Shown here piece by piece: positions 62,680-64,000 of a stretch of 64,000 nt of DNA. Under the pieces are notes generated by a model. That model did no database searches. It was given only the letters and a program-made list of their open reading frames with translations, and was not told where the DNA came from. The DNA is from Chiloscyllium plagiosum. Lineage: Eukaryota. Location: positions 12,625,969 through 12,689,968 of the forward strand of contig NC_057719.1 of NCBI RefSeq assembly GCF_004010195.1, given 5' to 3'. Position numbers and translations under genes: made by a program. The first letter of the stretch is position 1; each line of letters opens with the position of its first letter.

Positions 62680-64000
62680 GTTTAATTTGCTGTTACCAAA
62701 TGAAAAATGTTGCAAATGTAAGCAGTCTGCTGTTTGGACAGTACCCCTATCAAAAAAGATGGTTATTGTTGTTGAGTGTCAATTATCTCAGACCCAGGAC
62801 ATCCCCACAGGAGTTCTTCTGCGTAGTATCCTAGGTCCAGCAATTTTCAAATACTTAATTTGTTACCTTCCTTCCATCATAAGGCCAGATGTCAGGATGT
62901 TTTGCTTATGATTGCATAATGTCCAGTACCGCTCAACTCCTCAGATACTGATTAGATTCCTTGATTAGATTAGATTCCGTATAGTGTGGAAACAGACCCT
63001 TCGGCCCAACAAGTCCACACCGACTCTCCGAAGAGTAACCCACCCAGACCTATTCCCTCTGACTAACGTACCGAATACTATGGACAATTTAGCATGGCCA
63101 ATTCACCTGACCTGCACATCTTTGGACTGTGGGAGGAAACCGGAGCACCCGGAGGAAACCCACGCAGACACAGAGAGAATGTACAAACTCTACATAAACA
63201 GTTGCCCGAGGCTGGAATCAAACCTGGGACCCTGGTGCTGTGAGACAGCAGTGCTAACCACTGAGCCACCGTGGAGCAGACAGTGACCATAGTAGCACGA
63301 CCTGGACAATATTCAGGCTTCAGCTGATGGGTGGCAAGTAAGTTTGCCACACAAGTCCTAGGCAATGACCATCTCCAACAAGGCAGAAATTAAACCATCT
63401 CCCCTGCATGTTGAATGTCATTACAATTGCTGAAACCCCCATTCACAACATCCTGAAGAGTTCCATTGACCAGAAACTGAACTGGACCGATCTTATAAAT
63501 ACTGTGGCTACAAAAGCAGGTCAGAGACTAGGAATTTTGTGGCAAGTCACTTATCTCTTGCCTCCTTAGTGCCTGTGTGTTACCTACAAGGCACAAGTCA
63601 AGAACGTGCTGGAATACTCCACTTGCTTGGATAAGTGCAGCTCCAACAATATTCAAGAAACTGGACAAAGCAGTCTACTTGATTGCCACTGATTTGACCA
63701 CGTTCAACATCCATCATTCCCTTCCACACTGGTGCAGTCGCAGCAGTATGTACCATGTGCAAGACGCACTCTGTTGCCTGATCAAGGCTCCTCTGACAGC
63801 ACCCAAACCTGTGACCTCTACCACCCATGGAGGAAGAGGCAATAGATGTATGGGAAAATCACTATCTTGCAATTCTCCTTTCAAGCCATAAGTATTCCTG
63901 ACTTGCACTAGATCATTGTTCCTTCACAGTCATTGGGTCAAAATCAATTTTCCCTAAACACCAAAGACTGCAGTAGTTCAAGAAGGCAAGCTCACTAGTG
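62680..64000 (+). mobile_element. Old CR1-like LINE fragment interrupted by a SINE
   Basis: PTGVLLRSILGPAIF remnant; same family as 2581-3430. Confidence 0.8.
62963..63272 (-). mobile_element. HE1-type SINE
   Basis: (gatta)n tail, core and tRNA head. Confidence 0.92.

Larger units (their letters stand above)
15752..64000 (+). other. LIN52: Long LIN52 intron (at least 48 kb); terminal exon not in window
   Basis: No exon encoding the expected SREMTRGKFLNIL... C-terminus was found by eye downstream of the 15752 donor. The equivalent human intron is also very long. Confidence 0.75.

Overview
Eukaryotic (cartilaginous fish, shark-like) genomic DNA, not prokaryotic. The window covers the middle of the LIN52 gene (MuvB/DREAM core subunit) on the + strand. 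Four internal coding exons are visible (4574-4648, 6216-6253, 13856-13922, 15668-15751), all with AG/GT boundaries and consistent phases. They splice to GADLEQSLLSFEKLDRASPDLWPEQMPGVAEFAASFKSPITSSPPKWMAELEKDDIDMLKELGSLTTANLMEKVRGLQNLAYQLGLDE(S). I did not find the first or last exon, so the intron after 15751 is at least 48 kb. The rest is a dense transposon landscape: decayed CR1-clade LINEs, HE1-type tRNA-derived SINEs, Penelope-like element (PLE) fragments, solo LTRs, an RTE fragment and a Tigger-like MITE, plus a 782-N assembly gap. Nearly all ORFs in the supplied track are TE remnants or noise. Most notable: (1) minimal hammerhead-ribozyme-like cores with covarying stems in three PLE-derived repeat families; one sense copy sits between the probable ancestral branch point and the acceptor of the 15668 exon; (2) a candidate in-frame cassette exon apparently born from duplication of the 6216-6253 exon's splice donor; (3) a nested four-element insertion complex with readable target-site duplications, including a ~1.9 kb non-coding retroposon; (4) a modular SINE-like array at ~50-51 kb; (5) TE-free blocks in the long intron that are candidate conserved enhancers. 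TE boundaries were read by eye and are approximate unless a TSD is cited. No searches were run.
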